From assembly GCA_036488085.1 (NCBI GenBank), contig DASXHZ010000029.1, positions 42,860-106,859 on the forward strand: a DNA stretch of 64,000 nt. Direction: 5' to 3'. The notes under the pieces are model-generated. The model was not told the DNA's origin. It worked only from the letters and a program-made list of their open reading frames with translations, and made no database searches. Position 1 is the stretch's first letter. Every line of letters begins with the position of its first letter. Of this stretch, positions 48,311-57,463 are shown piece after piece. Position numbers and translations under genes: made by a program. This stretch comes from Thermoanaerobaculia bacterium. Its GTDB lineage: Bacteria; Acidobacteriota; Thermoanaerobaculia; Gp7-AA8.

Positions 48311-49960
48311 TCAGCGTCTGACGAATCGCAGCTTTCGGAGGCGGACGTTCAGCGCGTCAACGGCGATCACTCTGTAATGACGATCGCGGACGAAGTGCAG
48401 AAACCATTGGCCGCTCTCGTAGCCGTCGGCGAAGAGCTGCGTGAGAGGCTCGTCATCGAACCGCGGGCGGCGAAGTACGAGGTGGCCGTTCTGCACGAGG
48501 AATGTCCATGACGCACCGACCTCGTCGGACACATAGAGGCCCGCGATATCGCGGGATACGGCATGGTCGTGCGATCCGCTCTGCATGCGAACGAACGACG
48601 TCACCGCCGATCCGATATGGCGCTCCAGGCGCCGCGGCAATGCGTCACCAGCCGGCGAGAAGGCGAGAAAAATGTCCGGCGGCTCTCCCTTTACGCCGAA
48701 GACATTGGGGTTGACCGGAACCAGCTCGTACGTGTCGTGGTCTGAATCCGTCACCATCACTTTCCCGGCGGCGACGGTCACGACGTTGTAGCTGCCATCG
48801 CGATCGTTCCAGTAGGTGCCGGCGACGCGCGCGAGCTCGGCCGGCGATACCGTCACCTGCGCAGACCCGGCTGCGGCTGTCGCCGGTTGCGTATCGAGGC
48901 CGAGGACGGCGCCCGCGATTTGCCGCGGAAGCTGGTGTGCGTTCCGGCGGACGTTGCAGAGTTGAGCGATGGCGAGATGGTCGTCCGGGAACATCATCAA
49001 GTCGCCCACATACCCCGCCTGCGCACCGTCATGCTGGATCACACGGTGACCGCGGTAGGTGCGCAGTTCGAGGCCGCCTGCGTAACCGGTCGGCGTACCG
49101 TCGGCGAGATGTCCCTCGCGCTGCAGGTCGTCCATTGCCGCACCAAGGATCGCCGGATGCTCGAAGCTCGCCGCCCAGATGGCGAGATCGTGGCCCGTCG
49201 TGAAGAGATTGGCGGCGCCGACCTGGGAGGAGTCCGGAATTGCGATGTGGAGCGCATCGTGCTCGCGGACATAGCCCGATGCGCGTCCCGGAACCGGCTC
49301 CGAAGCGTCATCGCGGAAGAGCGTCTCCGTCATCCCGAGCGGCTTGAAAATGCGCTCGGCTGCGAAGGCACGGAGTGACTTGCCCGACACGCGGCGGACG
49401 ATGATCGCCAGAAGGTCGTAGCCGGTGTCGCTGTAGAGAAACTCGCTCCCCGGCGCGAAGTTCGCCGTCCGCTGACGCGCGATAATCGAGAAAACATCCG
49501 CCTCCGTAATGTGGTCTTCCCAGGTGTGGAGTCCCGCGGCCTTCAGCAGCTCCATGTCGTCTTTGAGGCCGCTGGTGTGTCCGAGAAGCTGCCGGATAGT
49601 GACGGGACGCGCGTACACGGGAAGCTCTGGAAGGTACCGGCGAACGTCGGCGTCGATGTCGAGCCGTCCCTCCCTGGCGAGAAGGAACACGGCGAGCGCC
49701 GTGAACTGCTTGGCGATCGATCCGGCGAGGAAGACCGTATGGTTGTTGATTGGCACTCGGAGCTCGACGTTCGCAAGGCCGACGGAGCGCTCATAGACGA
49801 TTGCACCGTCCTGAACGACGGCCACGGAACATCCCGGCTCGCCGGCCGATCCCGTCTTCGAGACTAGGTCGTCGACGATTGCCGCCGGTTTCCAGTCGGC
49901 CCGCGCCGCCGCGGCAAGGAACGCGACCACGATGACGAACGCCGCTCTAAAGCGTTTCAT
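48311..49960 (-). CDS. Serine hydrolase, beta-lactamase/PBP4-like family, with C-terminal extension
   Basis: Signal peptide. SxxK (LAGSIAKQFTA). YxN-like and HxG-like blocks. 549 aa. Confidence 0.8.
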   Translation of the reverse strand: MKRFRAAFVIVVAFLAAAARADWKPAAIVDDLVSKTGSAGEPGCSVAVVQDGAIVYERSVGLANVELRVPINNHTVFLAGSIAKQFTALAVFLLAREGRLDIDADVRRYLPELPVYARPVTIRQLLGHTSGLKDDMELLKAAGLHTWEDHITEADVFSIIARQRTANFAPGSEFLYSDTGYDLLAIIVRRVSGKSLRAFAAERIFKPLGMTETLFRDDASEPVPGRASGYVREHDALHIAIPDSSQVGAANLFTTGHDLAIWAASFEHPAILGAAMDDLQREGHLADGTPTGYAGGLELRTYRGHRVIQHDGAQAGYVGDLMMFPDDHLAIAQLCNVRRNAHQLPRQIAGAVLGLDTQPATAAAGSAQVTVSPAELARVAGTYWNDRDGSYNVVTVAAGKVMVTDSDHDTYELVPVNPNVFGVKGEPPDIFLAFSPAGDALPRRLERHIGSAVTSFVRMQSGSHDHAVSRDIAGLYVSDEVGASWTFLVQNGHLVLRRPRFDDEPLTQLFADGYESGQWFLHFVRDRHYRVIAVDALNVRLRKLRFVRR

Positions 49961-49996
49961 GCGGTAGAGAACCGTCGCTTATACTCATTTCCAGAC

Positions 49997-51031
49997 ATGA
50001 AAGAAAAGCGTGAGATCTATCGCTTTCTTCACGTCACTCCCCGCCGGATCTTCGAACAGCTCGATCAGTACGTGGTCGGGCAGCGCCACGCGAAGGAGGC
50101 GCTCGCAGTCGCGGCGTACAACCACCTCAAACGGATCGAGTACCTCAAGTTTGGCGGCGAGACGACCATCCGCAAGTCGAACATCCTGATGATCGGGCCC
50201 TCGGGATCGGGCAAGACGTACCTGGCCCGCACGCTCGCGAAGATCCTCGACGTTCCCTTCGCCTACAACGACGCCACCGCGTTCACGGAAGCGGGCTACT
50301 ACGGCGAGGATGTGGAAGTCGCCATCGGACGCCTCCTCCACAGCACGAACCAGAACGTGGACGCGGCGGAGAACGGGATCGTCTTCATCGACGAGATCGA
50401 CAAGATCGCACGCCGCGGCGGCGGTCCGCGCACCGGCGCCGGCAATCGCGACATCGGCGGCGAAGGGGTGCAGCAGGCGCTCCTCAAGCTGCTGGAAGGC
50501 GAGAAGGTCTTCGTGCCGATGAACGTCACGGCGCACTGGAACAAGTACGACTATGTCGAGGTCGACATCTCGAACGTGTTGTTCATCTGCGCCGGCTCGT
50601 TCTCGGACCTCAACGACGCGCCGGAAACGAAGCCGATCGGGTTCTTCGGCGAGGGGATCGGCCGCGACCGCGAGCCGACGAACGATGATCTCGTGAAGTA
50701 CGGCTTCGTCCCGGAGATCCTCGGCCGCCTACCGATCCGCGTCCGCCTCGAGCCGCTCGGCGCGAACGAGCTGGTGTCGATCCTCACGGAACCGCGCGAG
50801 GCGATGATCCCGGAGTACCAGCGCCTCTGCGCCCTCGACCAGATCCAGCTCGACTTCACGCGCGACGCGCTGCTCGAGATCGCGGGCGCCGCGATGCACC
50901 AACGCCTCGGCGCCCGCGCGCTGCGCGCGATCATGGAGAAGGTGATGCATCCGATTCTCTTCTCCGGCCCGGAGCGCGCCGGCGAGCGCATCACGATCGA
51001 AGCCGATCAGGTACGGCGCGCTCTCGCGTAG
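49997..51031 (+). CDS. ClpX-family AAA+ ATPase lacking the N-terminal zinc-binding domain
   Basis: ClpX core conservation. Walker A GPSGSGKT, Walker B FIDEIDKI, GEGVQQALLKLLEG, an IGF-like loop (PIGFFGEGIG), sensor-2 GARALR. No C4 zinc-finger N-domain. Confidence 0.8.
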   Translation: MKEKREIYRFLHVTPRRIFEQLDQYVVGQRHAKEALAVAAYNHLKRIEYLKFGGETTIRKSNILMIGPSGSGKTYLARTLAKILDVPFAYNDATAFTEAGYYGEDVEVAIGRLLHSTNQNVDAAENGIVFIDEIDKIARRGGGPRTGAGNRDIGGEGVQQALLKLLEGEKVFVPMNVTAHWNKYDYVEVDISNVLFICAGSFSDLNDAPETKPIGFFGEGIGRDREPTNDDLVKYGFVPEILGRLPIRVRLEPLGANELVSILTEPREAMIPEYQRLCALDQIQLDFTRDALLEIAGAAMHQRLGARALRAIMEKVMHPILFSGPERAGERITIEADQVRRALA

Positions 51032-51042
51032 ACTCTCGAATC

Positions 51043-51906
51043 ATGCAGATGATCGCGATCACGGCGAAAGCGACTTCAGCCGCGGCGCTCGATTACGCGC
51101 GCCATGTCGGCGAGGAGCTGGCGCAACGCGGGTTCACCGTCATCTGGGACGACGTCACCGCCGCGGCGCTCGGCGACGGGCTGCGCTCCTGTCCGAAGAC
51201 GGAGCTCGCGGCGGCCGCCGACCTGCTCATCACGTTCGGTGGCGACGGCACGCTGCTCTCCGTGGCGCGCCACGCGCCCGAGCACGTCCCAATCCTCGGC
51301 GTGAACATGGGAACGCTCGGCTTCCTCACGGAAGTGCGCGTCGAGGAGTTTCCGGAGATGCTGGAGCGCGTGCTCGCCGGCGAGCATTTTGTCGAGCCGC
51401 GCGTGACGTTCGACGTCTCGATCCGCGGCCCGCAACGCGATGAGTCGGCGCGCTACCGCGTGCTGAACGACGTCGTCATCAATAAGGGCGCGGTGGCACG
51501 CATCATCGAGATGAAGGTGACGGTGGCGGGGAACTTCGTCTCGACGTTCCGCGGGGATGGGCTGATCGTCTCGACCCCGACCGGCTCGACGGCCTACAAC
51601 CTTTCGGCGGGCGGTCCGATCATCTATCCGACGATGGGGGCGGTGGTGCTGACGCCGATCTGTCCGCACATGCTGACGAACCGGCCGATCGTGCTGCCGG
51701 ACGAGTTGGACGTCGAGATCGCGATCACGAAGGATGTCGAGGGGCATGACATCTATCTCACGCTTGACGGCCAGCAAGGAATCGCAGTGACGCCCTCGGA
51801 TCGCATCTGCGTCCGCAAGTCGGCGCATCCGATCCTGCTGGTGCAGTCGCCCGACAAGAATTACTTCGACGTGCTGCGGAACAAACTGAAGTGGGGGGAA
51901 GCGTGA
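51043..51906 (+). CDS. nadK: NAD(+) kinase
   Basis: GGDGTLL and NxGxLGFL motifs. 287 aa. Confidence 0.9.
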   Translation: MQMIAITAKATSAAALDYARHVGEELAQRGFTVIWDDVTAAALGDGLRSCPKTELAAAADLLITFGGDGTLLSVARHAPEHVPILGVNMGTLGFLTEVRVEEFPEMLERVLAGEHFVEPRVTFDVSIRGPQRDESARYRVLNDVVINKGAVARIIEMKVTVAGNFVSTFRGDGLIVSTPTGSTAYNLSAGGPIIYPTMGAVVLTPICPHMLTNRPIVLPDELDVEIAITKDVEGHDIYLTLDGQQGIAVTPSDRICVRKSAHPILLVQSPDKNYFDVLRNKLKWGEA

Positions 51907-53594
51907 TGAGTTGCCGGTTGCCAGTTGCCGGTTGCCGGATCGCGGCCCTCCTTGTGCTCGCCGCCTGCACGAATACGCCAGCACCCAAAAGCATGACGAA
52001 GACGAACGACTTGATCCTCATCGGCGGCACGGTGGCCGTCGGTCCGCAGCAGACGCCGCAGAAGTACGTCGCGATCTACGTGAGCGACGGCGTGATCCGC
52101 GACATCGGTACGCCGGACGCGATCCGGAAGGCGCATCCGAACACGAACGAGATCGGCGCGCCGAACGCCACGATTCTTCCCGGTCTCACCGACGCGCACG
52201 GGCACCTCTACGGCCTCGGCCTGTCGCTCGATCTCGTGAATCTGGTCGGATCGGCTTCGTATGACGAAGCGATCGCACGGGTGAAAGAGCGCACGGGCAG
52301 CGTTCCCGCGGGTGACTGGGTGCGTGGACGCGGATGGGACCAGAACCGCTGGCCGGTGAAAGAGTTCCCGACCGCCGCGCCGCTCGACGCCGCGATCCCC
52401 GATCATCCGGTGTGGCTCAAGCGCGTCGACGGCCACGCGGGCGTCGCGAACAGTGCCGCGATGCGCGCGGCCGGCATCACGCGCGAGACGAAGGACCCCG
52501 AGGGGGGGCGGATCATCCGCGATGCCTCAGGGAATCCAACTGGGACGTTCATCGACGACGCGCAGGAGCTGATCGAGAGCAAGATCCCGGCGCCGAGCTT
52601 CGCGCAGCGGAAGCAGCAGGTGCTCAACGCCGCGAAAGACATCGCGCGCAACGGCCTCACGGAGATGCACGACGCCGGTGCGGACGGCGAGACGATCCGC
52701 GCGATGCGCGAGCTGGTCGACGAGGGCCGCTTCCCGATCCGCATCTACACGATGCTTTCCGGTGACGACCCGAAACTGCTCGCGGAGTGGTTCGCGAAGG
52801 GAACGCTGATCGACCACGGCGGACGGCTGACGATCCGCTCCGTCAAGCTGTACGCGGACGGCGCGCTCGGCTCGCGCGGCGCGCTGCTGCTGGCGCCGTA
52901 CAGCGACGATCCTTCCAACACAGGTTTGCACGTCACGAAGCCGGAGGTCATCGGCGCCATCGCGAAGGAGGCGCGGACTCACGGGTTCCAGGTGAACACG
53001 CACGCAATTGGCGACGGCGCCGTGCACGAGGTGATCGGCGAGTACGAGACGGCGGGCGTGACGCCGCAGGACCGCTTCCGGATCGAGCACTTTCAGATCG
53101 TGCCGCCCGAGGACTTCGGGCGCATCGCGCGCGACGGGATCATCGCGTCGATGCAGCCGACGCACGCCACGAGCGACATGCCGTGGGCGGAGCGGCGCGT
53201 CGGACCGGAACGGATCAAGGGCGCCTACGCGTGGCGGACGGTGCTCAACAGCGGCGCGCGGCTGGCACTCGGATCGGACTTTCCCGTTGAAGACGTGAAT
53301 CCGTTCTTCGGTATCTACTCGGCGGTGACTCGCCAGGACCAGCAAGGCAATCCGCCCGGCGGCTGGATGCCGGAGCAGAAGCTGACGCTGGCCGAGGCGA
53401 TCCGTGGGTTCACGAGCGACGCTGCGTATGCGGCGTTCCAGGAAGACTCCCGCGGCACGATCGAGGTCGGCAAGCTCGCCGACTTCACGATCGTCGACGG
53501 CGATCTCTACACCGCGCCGGCGAGCACGCTGTTCAAGACGAGGGTGATGTACACGATCGTGAACGGCGAGGTGGTTTACCAGGCACCGTCCTAG
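51906..53594 (+). CDS. Amidohydrolase-family (Amidohydro_3) lipoprotein
   Basis: Start ATG 51906 overlapping the nadK stop. Lipoprotein signal ...LLVLAAC. HGH... metal-binding and C-terminal amidohydrolase blocks. Confidence 0.85.
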   Translation: MSCRLPVAGCRIAALLVLAACTNTPAPKSMTKTNDLILIGGTVAVGPQQTPQKYVAIYVSDGVIRDIGTPDAIRKAHPNTNEIGAPNATILPGLTDAHGHLYGLGLSLDLVNLVGSASYDEAIARVKERTGSVPAGDWVRGRGWDQNRWPVKEFPTAAPLDAAIPDHPVWLKRVDGHAGVANSAAMRAAGITRETKDPEGGRIIRDASGNPTGTFIDDAQELIESKIPAPSFAQRKQQVLNAAKDIARNGLTEMHDAGADGETIRAMRELVDEGRFPIRIYTMLSGDDPKLLAEWFAKGTLIDHGGRLTIRSVKLYADGALGSRGALLLAPYSDDPSNTGLHVTKPEVIGAIAKEARTHGFQVNTHAIGDGAVHEVIGEYETAGVTPQDRFRIEHFQIVPPEDFGRIARDGIIASMQPTHATSDMPWAERRVGPERIKGAYAWRTVLNSGARLALGSDFPVEDVNPFFGIYSAVTRQDQQGNPPGGWMPEQKLTLAEAIRGFTSDAAYAAFQEDSRGTIEVGKLADFTIVDGDLYTAPASTLFKTRVMYTIVNGEVVYQAPS

Positions 53595-53661
53595 GTCAAC
53601 ATCAGAACGAAGCCGGGTATACTTCCCGCACAGCATCTCCCCTTAAATCTGGAGGACACCC

Positions 53662-54705
53662 ATGGCCGAGCGGTCGAATACCGCCGGGTTGATCGAGTTT
53701 GCGATCAACTTGAAACGAAGTTCACACCAACTGCTCAGTTGCCTTGACGTGGTTTACGGTGCGTTCCTCTCATATTTTCTCTGGGTCGTTGGTCAGACGA
53801 TTACTTCCTATTTTGAGCGGCCAACTGCTCCGGCCGGCTTTAAATTAGTGTGCATGTCGTTGATGTTTCTCTTCATCATCGAGGACTTCAGGGACGTGAA
53901 GCTCATCACGTCCATCTGCGGCTATCACCTCTCGTCATTTCGATTCTTCCTCGACATCGCCATAGTCCTTATACTTTTTACGACTACTCTTTTCCTGTTT
54001 GGCAAGAACCCCAATGCGCAACCTAACAGAAACTTTCTGTTTTCCTTTGCCATCGTTTTCTTTCTGTGCACAGCTTGGGCTCTTCTGCTCACGAAAGACA
54101 AACGTGACGTTCCGCCAAACTACAGTGTCGCCGTCGCTGCATCTCACTTTGTCGTGGGGTGCACTTGGCTGGTTCTCTGGGCGTTCGTTTCGCAGGCCGG
54201 AGTGCTCTGGCGACTCCCGCTCGTGAGTCCGGCCGTGCGCCTCATCATGATCGCCGTGTTTTCCATCTACTACATCATGGCGTCATGGCTCTTCGGATCG
54301 CTACGACGTCGCGGCATACCAGTGGACGACTACGGCGAGATGATCGTGCCGAAAGTAGCGCGAAACGTCGTCGCGCTCTTCCGGTCGGCGGCAGGCGTGT
54401 TCCGCAGCGGTCTCTCACGCGGAGAGCCTAGATGGAGATGGTTTCGCGGTCAGCCCCGCTCGACTTCTAATCACTACGTCGTCGTGGCGCAATTTGCTGA
54501 CGGCACCTCGACGCCGATGCAGCTCACCGACTATGTCAACCTTCAGGTACGCCGCGGTCACCACTGTGTTTATGTAACTGAAGACGGCGCCGCGCATGAG
54601 GGTGACGGAGCTACAATTCGGTTAACGGCCACCCCAGAACAGGACCAAAAGGCTCAGTTTCTCGTACAAGAGAAGAATCCGCCTTCTGAAAGGCATCGGA
54701 CATGA
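53662..54705 (+). CDS. Multi-TM membrane protein of unknown function with ~100-aa C-terminal soluble domain, low-GC island
   Basis: GGAGG RBS 8 nt upstream. About six hydrophobic helices. Local GC ~50% versus ~68% genome-wide. No recognisable domain. Confidence 0.55.
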   Translation: MAERSNTAGLIEFAINLKRSSHQLLSCLDVVYGAFLSYFLWVVGQTITSYFERPTAPAGFKLVCMSLMFLFIIEDFRDVKLITSICGYHLSSFRFFLDIAIVLILFTTTLFLFGKNPNAQPNRNFLFSFAIVFFLCTAWALLLTKDKRDVPPNYSVAVAASHFVVGCTWLVLWAFVSQAGVLWRLPLVSPAVRLIMIAVFSIYYIMASWLFGSLRRRGIPVDDYGEMIVPKVARNVVALFRSAAGVFRSGLSRGEPRWRWFRGQPRSTSNHYVVVAQFADGTSTPMQLTDYVNLQVRRGHHCVYVTEDGAAHEGDGATIRLTATPEQDQKAQFLVQEKNPPSERHRT

Positions 54706-54872
54706 GTACGTTGTATTATTTTGTTTTCGCTGTTGGCCTTGTCGGGATCGTCCTTGGTTTCGTCGGCCTTCACCTCAGCCTTCGGCGTTTCGAGGACGAT
54801 TTCCACGACGAAGTGCGCCATCATGCCGACGGCGGCAATCAGATGACCCTCCCCCGCCTCCAGATAAAGAAC
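54702..54872 (+). CDS. Small (56 aa) single-TM protein overlapping the upstream gene (ATGA)
   Basis: ATG 54702 overlaps TGA 54703-54705. MSTLYYFVFAVGLVGIVLGFVGLHLSLRRF... Below the ORF-table size cutoff. Confidence 0.35.
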
Positions 54873-54877
54873 AAGGG

Positions 54878-56098
54878 CTAGCGCATCGCCTGTTTTTCGA
54901 ACCAGCGCTTGAGCGGGAGCGTCTTCGCCAGCGCGGCGCCGTGGAGAAAGTGCTCGCGGGCGCGTTCGGTGTCGCCGGCGCGGCGGGAGAGCTCGCCGAG
55001 GGTGGAGTAGAGGGGGATGTAGTCGCGGAGGTCGTTCGCCAGCGGGATCGCGGCGGCGAGGCCGTGCTCCGGACCTTCGACCATCGCGAGCGCCACGGCG
55101 CGATTGAGCGCGACGACCGGCGACGGGGCGATCTGCATCAGGTCGTCGTAGAGGCCGAGAATGTGCGGCCAGTTCGCCGGCTCGTTGAGATGCTCGACGG
55201 CGATCGCGGCTTCGATGTGGAAGCGCGTGAGCTCGTCGCCCGCCGCGGCGAGTCCGAAGTGCTGCAGGCCGCGTGCGATCGCGTCGCCGTCCCACTGCGA
55301 GCGGTCCTGCTCGTCGAGCAGCAACATGTCTCCCGCGGCATCGACGCGGACGGCGAGACGGGCGCGCTGGAGGTGCATCAGCGCCGCGAGCGCATGAATC
55401 TTCGGCAACGATGTCGCCTCATGCGCCGTCAGCTCCTCGGTGAGTCGGATCGCCTCCTCGACGAGATCGCGGCGCACGAGGTCGTCGCCTGCCGTCGCGG
55501 AGTAGCCCTCGTTGAACATCAGATAGACGACGTCCAGGAGAGAGTCCAACCGCCGCGGCAGTTCGTCGCGCGACGGGAGCTCCAGCTCGATCGTGTTCTC
55601 GCGGAGGAAGCGCTTCGCGCGGACGAGCCGCTGCGCGATCGCCTCGGGCTTCGCGAGCAGCGCCCGCGCGATCTCGTCGACGCCGAAGCCGCAGACGCAT
55701 TTGAGCGTCAGCGCGAGCCGCGACTCCGGCGGGAGCTGCGGGTCGCAGCACATGAGCATCATCTGCAGGTCGTCGTCTTCGAGCTCGTGCGAGAAGCGGC
55801 CGCCGGTCTCGGCGCGCGCGGTGAAGGCGTCGACGATGGCGCGCTCTTTCTCGCGAAAGTTGGTGTCACGGCGCAGGCGGTCGATGGCGCGGTTCCGTGC
55901 GACGCGAAAGAGCCACGCGGCGGGATCGTCCGGCACGCCGCCGAACGGCCACTGCGCCAGGGCGGTTGCCATCGCCTCCTGCACGACGTCCTCGGCGAGA
56001 TCGAGCCGATCGGCGCCGAGGACGCGTGTCAGGGTGGCGGTGATCCGTGCCGCGTTGCGGCGGAACAGGTGATCGACCAGCGCCGGAACGTCGCTCAC
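54878..56098 (-). CDS. RNA polymerase sigma factor (ECF-type with large C-terminal extension), YciI-associated
   Basis: Region 2 (DVVQEAMATALAQW...WLFRVARNRAIDRLRR) and region 4 (LPPESRLALTLKCVCGFGVDEIARALLAKPEAIAQRLVRAKRFL), followed by a ~230-aa C-terminal domain. Confidence 0.8.
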   Translation of the reverse strand: MSDVPALVDHLFRRNAARITATLTRVLGADRLDLAEDVVQEAMATALAQWPFGGVPDDPAAWLFRVARNRAIDRLRRDTNFREKERAIVDAFTARAETGGRFSHELEDDDLQMMLMCCDPQLPPESRLALTLKCVCGFGVDEIARALLAKPEAIAQRLVRAKRFLRENTIELELPSRDELPRRLDSLLDVVYLMFNEGYSATAGDDLVRRDLVEEAIRLTEELTAHEATSLPKIHALAALMHLQRARLAVRVDAAGDMLLLDEQDRSQWDGDAIARGLQHFGLAAAGDELTRFHIEAAIAVEHLNEPANWPHILGLYDDLMQIAPSPVVALNRAVALAMVEGPEHGLAAAIPLANDLRDYIPLYSTLGELSRRAGDTERAREHFLHGAALAKTLPLKRWFEKQAMR

Positions 56099-56451
56099 GG
56101 ACGGCGCATGTCCTCCACTTCGCGGATCTCGACGGTGCCGAAGTCGAAGTGCGGGCAGTCGCGGACGAGATCGATCACCTCGTCGTAGTTGTCGGCCTCG
56201 ATCGCGAAGTAGCCGCCGAGGATCTCCTTCGTCTCCGTGTATGGGCCGTCCATCACCACGATCTTCGAGTCGTCGCGGCGGAGGACGCGGCCCTGATGGT
56301 CGCGAAGCTTGTCGCTCGCGACGTACTTGCCTGTCTTGCGGAGCTTCTCGCTCCAGGCGCCGTAACGCGCGATGAGGTTCTGGATCTGTTCGGGGCTGAG
56401 GTTGTCGAGGCCGTGTCCGTCGCCGCGGAGGAGTAAGAGGTATTTCGCCAT
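56095..56451 (-). CDS. YciI-like (YCII/DGPF-related) protein
   Basis: MAKYLLLLRGD... 118 aa. Canonical partner upstream of this sigma class. ATGA overlap. Confidence 0.8.
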   Translation of the reverse strand: MAKYLLLLRGDGHGLDNLSPEQIQNLIARYGAWSEKLRKTGKYVASDKLRDHQGRVLRRDDSKIVVMDGPYTETKEILGGYFAIEADNYDEVIDLVRDCPHFDFGTVEIREVEDMRRP

Positions 56452-56536
56452 GGTGTTTCTCCTTTCGTCAGTTTAGAGACGAACGAGAGATGGCGGAATC
56501 GACACGAGTCTGTGCAGCGCCGCCGAGTCGGCGGCG

Positions 56537-57454
56537 CTACACCTCGACATCTTCGAAATGCGTCAGGGCGCGGAAAGCCTGGTAGCGCTCGTGGATGTCG
56601 TTGAGGGTGATCTCGCGGAGGCGGTCGAGGGAGAACTTCTCGACGGTGAACGACGCGAGGACGCTGCCGAAGACGATGGCGCGGCGCATCTCGCGCTCGT
56701 GGACGTGCTCGCGCGAGGCGAGGTAGCCGAGAAAGCCGCCCGCGAAGGTGTCGCCGGCGCCGGTCGGATCGAAGACAGTCTCGAGCGGGTACGCGGGGGC
56801 GGCGAAGATGGCGTCGCGCGTCACCATCAGCACGCCGTACTCGCCGCGCTTGATGACGAGCGTTTGCGGCCCGAGCGTGAGGATCTGCCGCGCTCCCTTC
56901 ACGAGGTTCGCCTCTTCCGTGTACTGCCGCACCTCGGCCTCGTTGATGATGACGAGATCGACCTCGCGGAGAATCCGCGTGAGCGAGCCCTTCGCCGTCG
57001 CGATCCAGAGGTTCATCGTATCGAGGGCCACGACGCGCGGCCGCTTGCACTGGTGCAGAACGTCGTGCTGCAGGTCCGGCTGGATGTTCGCGAGGAAGAG
57101 GACGTCGGCGTTGCGCTGGCGCTCGCTGAGCTCCGGCCGGAAGTTCGCGAAAACGTTGAGCTGCGTCTCGCGCGTCTTCGCGACGTTGAGGTCGAATCCG
57201 TACTCGCCGCTCCAGAAGAAGGTCTTCTCCCCTGCGACGCGATGCAGCCCCTCGGTATTGATATTGCGGCCGCTGAAGATCGCCGCGTCGTTCTCGCTGA
57301 AGTCGTCGCCGACGACCGCCACGAGATCGACTTCCGTGAAGAACGACGCCGCGACGGAGAAGTAGGTGGCGGAGCCGCCGAGGCATCGCTCGACCTTTCC
57401 GAAGGGAGTCTGGAGTGCGTCGAATGCGACGCTGCCGACGACGGTGATGGGCAT
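56537..57454 (-). CDS. PfkB-family carbohydrate/nucleoside kinase
   Basis: Ribokinase-fold. C-terminal DPTGAGDTFAGGFL anion-hole motif. Confidence 0.8.
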   Translation of the reverse strand: MPITVVGSVAFDALQTPFGKVERCLGGSATYFSVAASFFTEVDLVAVVGDDFSENDAAIFSGRNINTEGLHRVAGEKTFFWSGEYGFDLNVAKTRETQLNVFANFRPELSERQRNADVLFLANIQPDLQHDVLHQCKRPRVVALDTMNLWIATAKGSLTRILREVDLVIINEAEVRQYTEEANLVKGARQILTLGPQTLVIKRGEYGVLMVTRDAIFAAPAYPLETVFDPTGAGDTFAGGFLGYLASREHVHEREMRRAIVFGSVLASFTVEKFSLDRLREITLNDIHERYQAFRALTHFEDVEV

Positions 57455-57463
57455 TGCTGTCCT

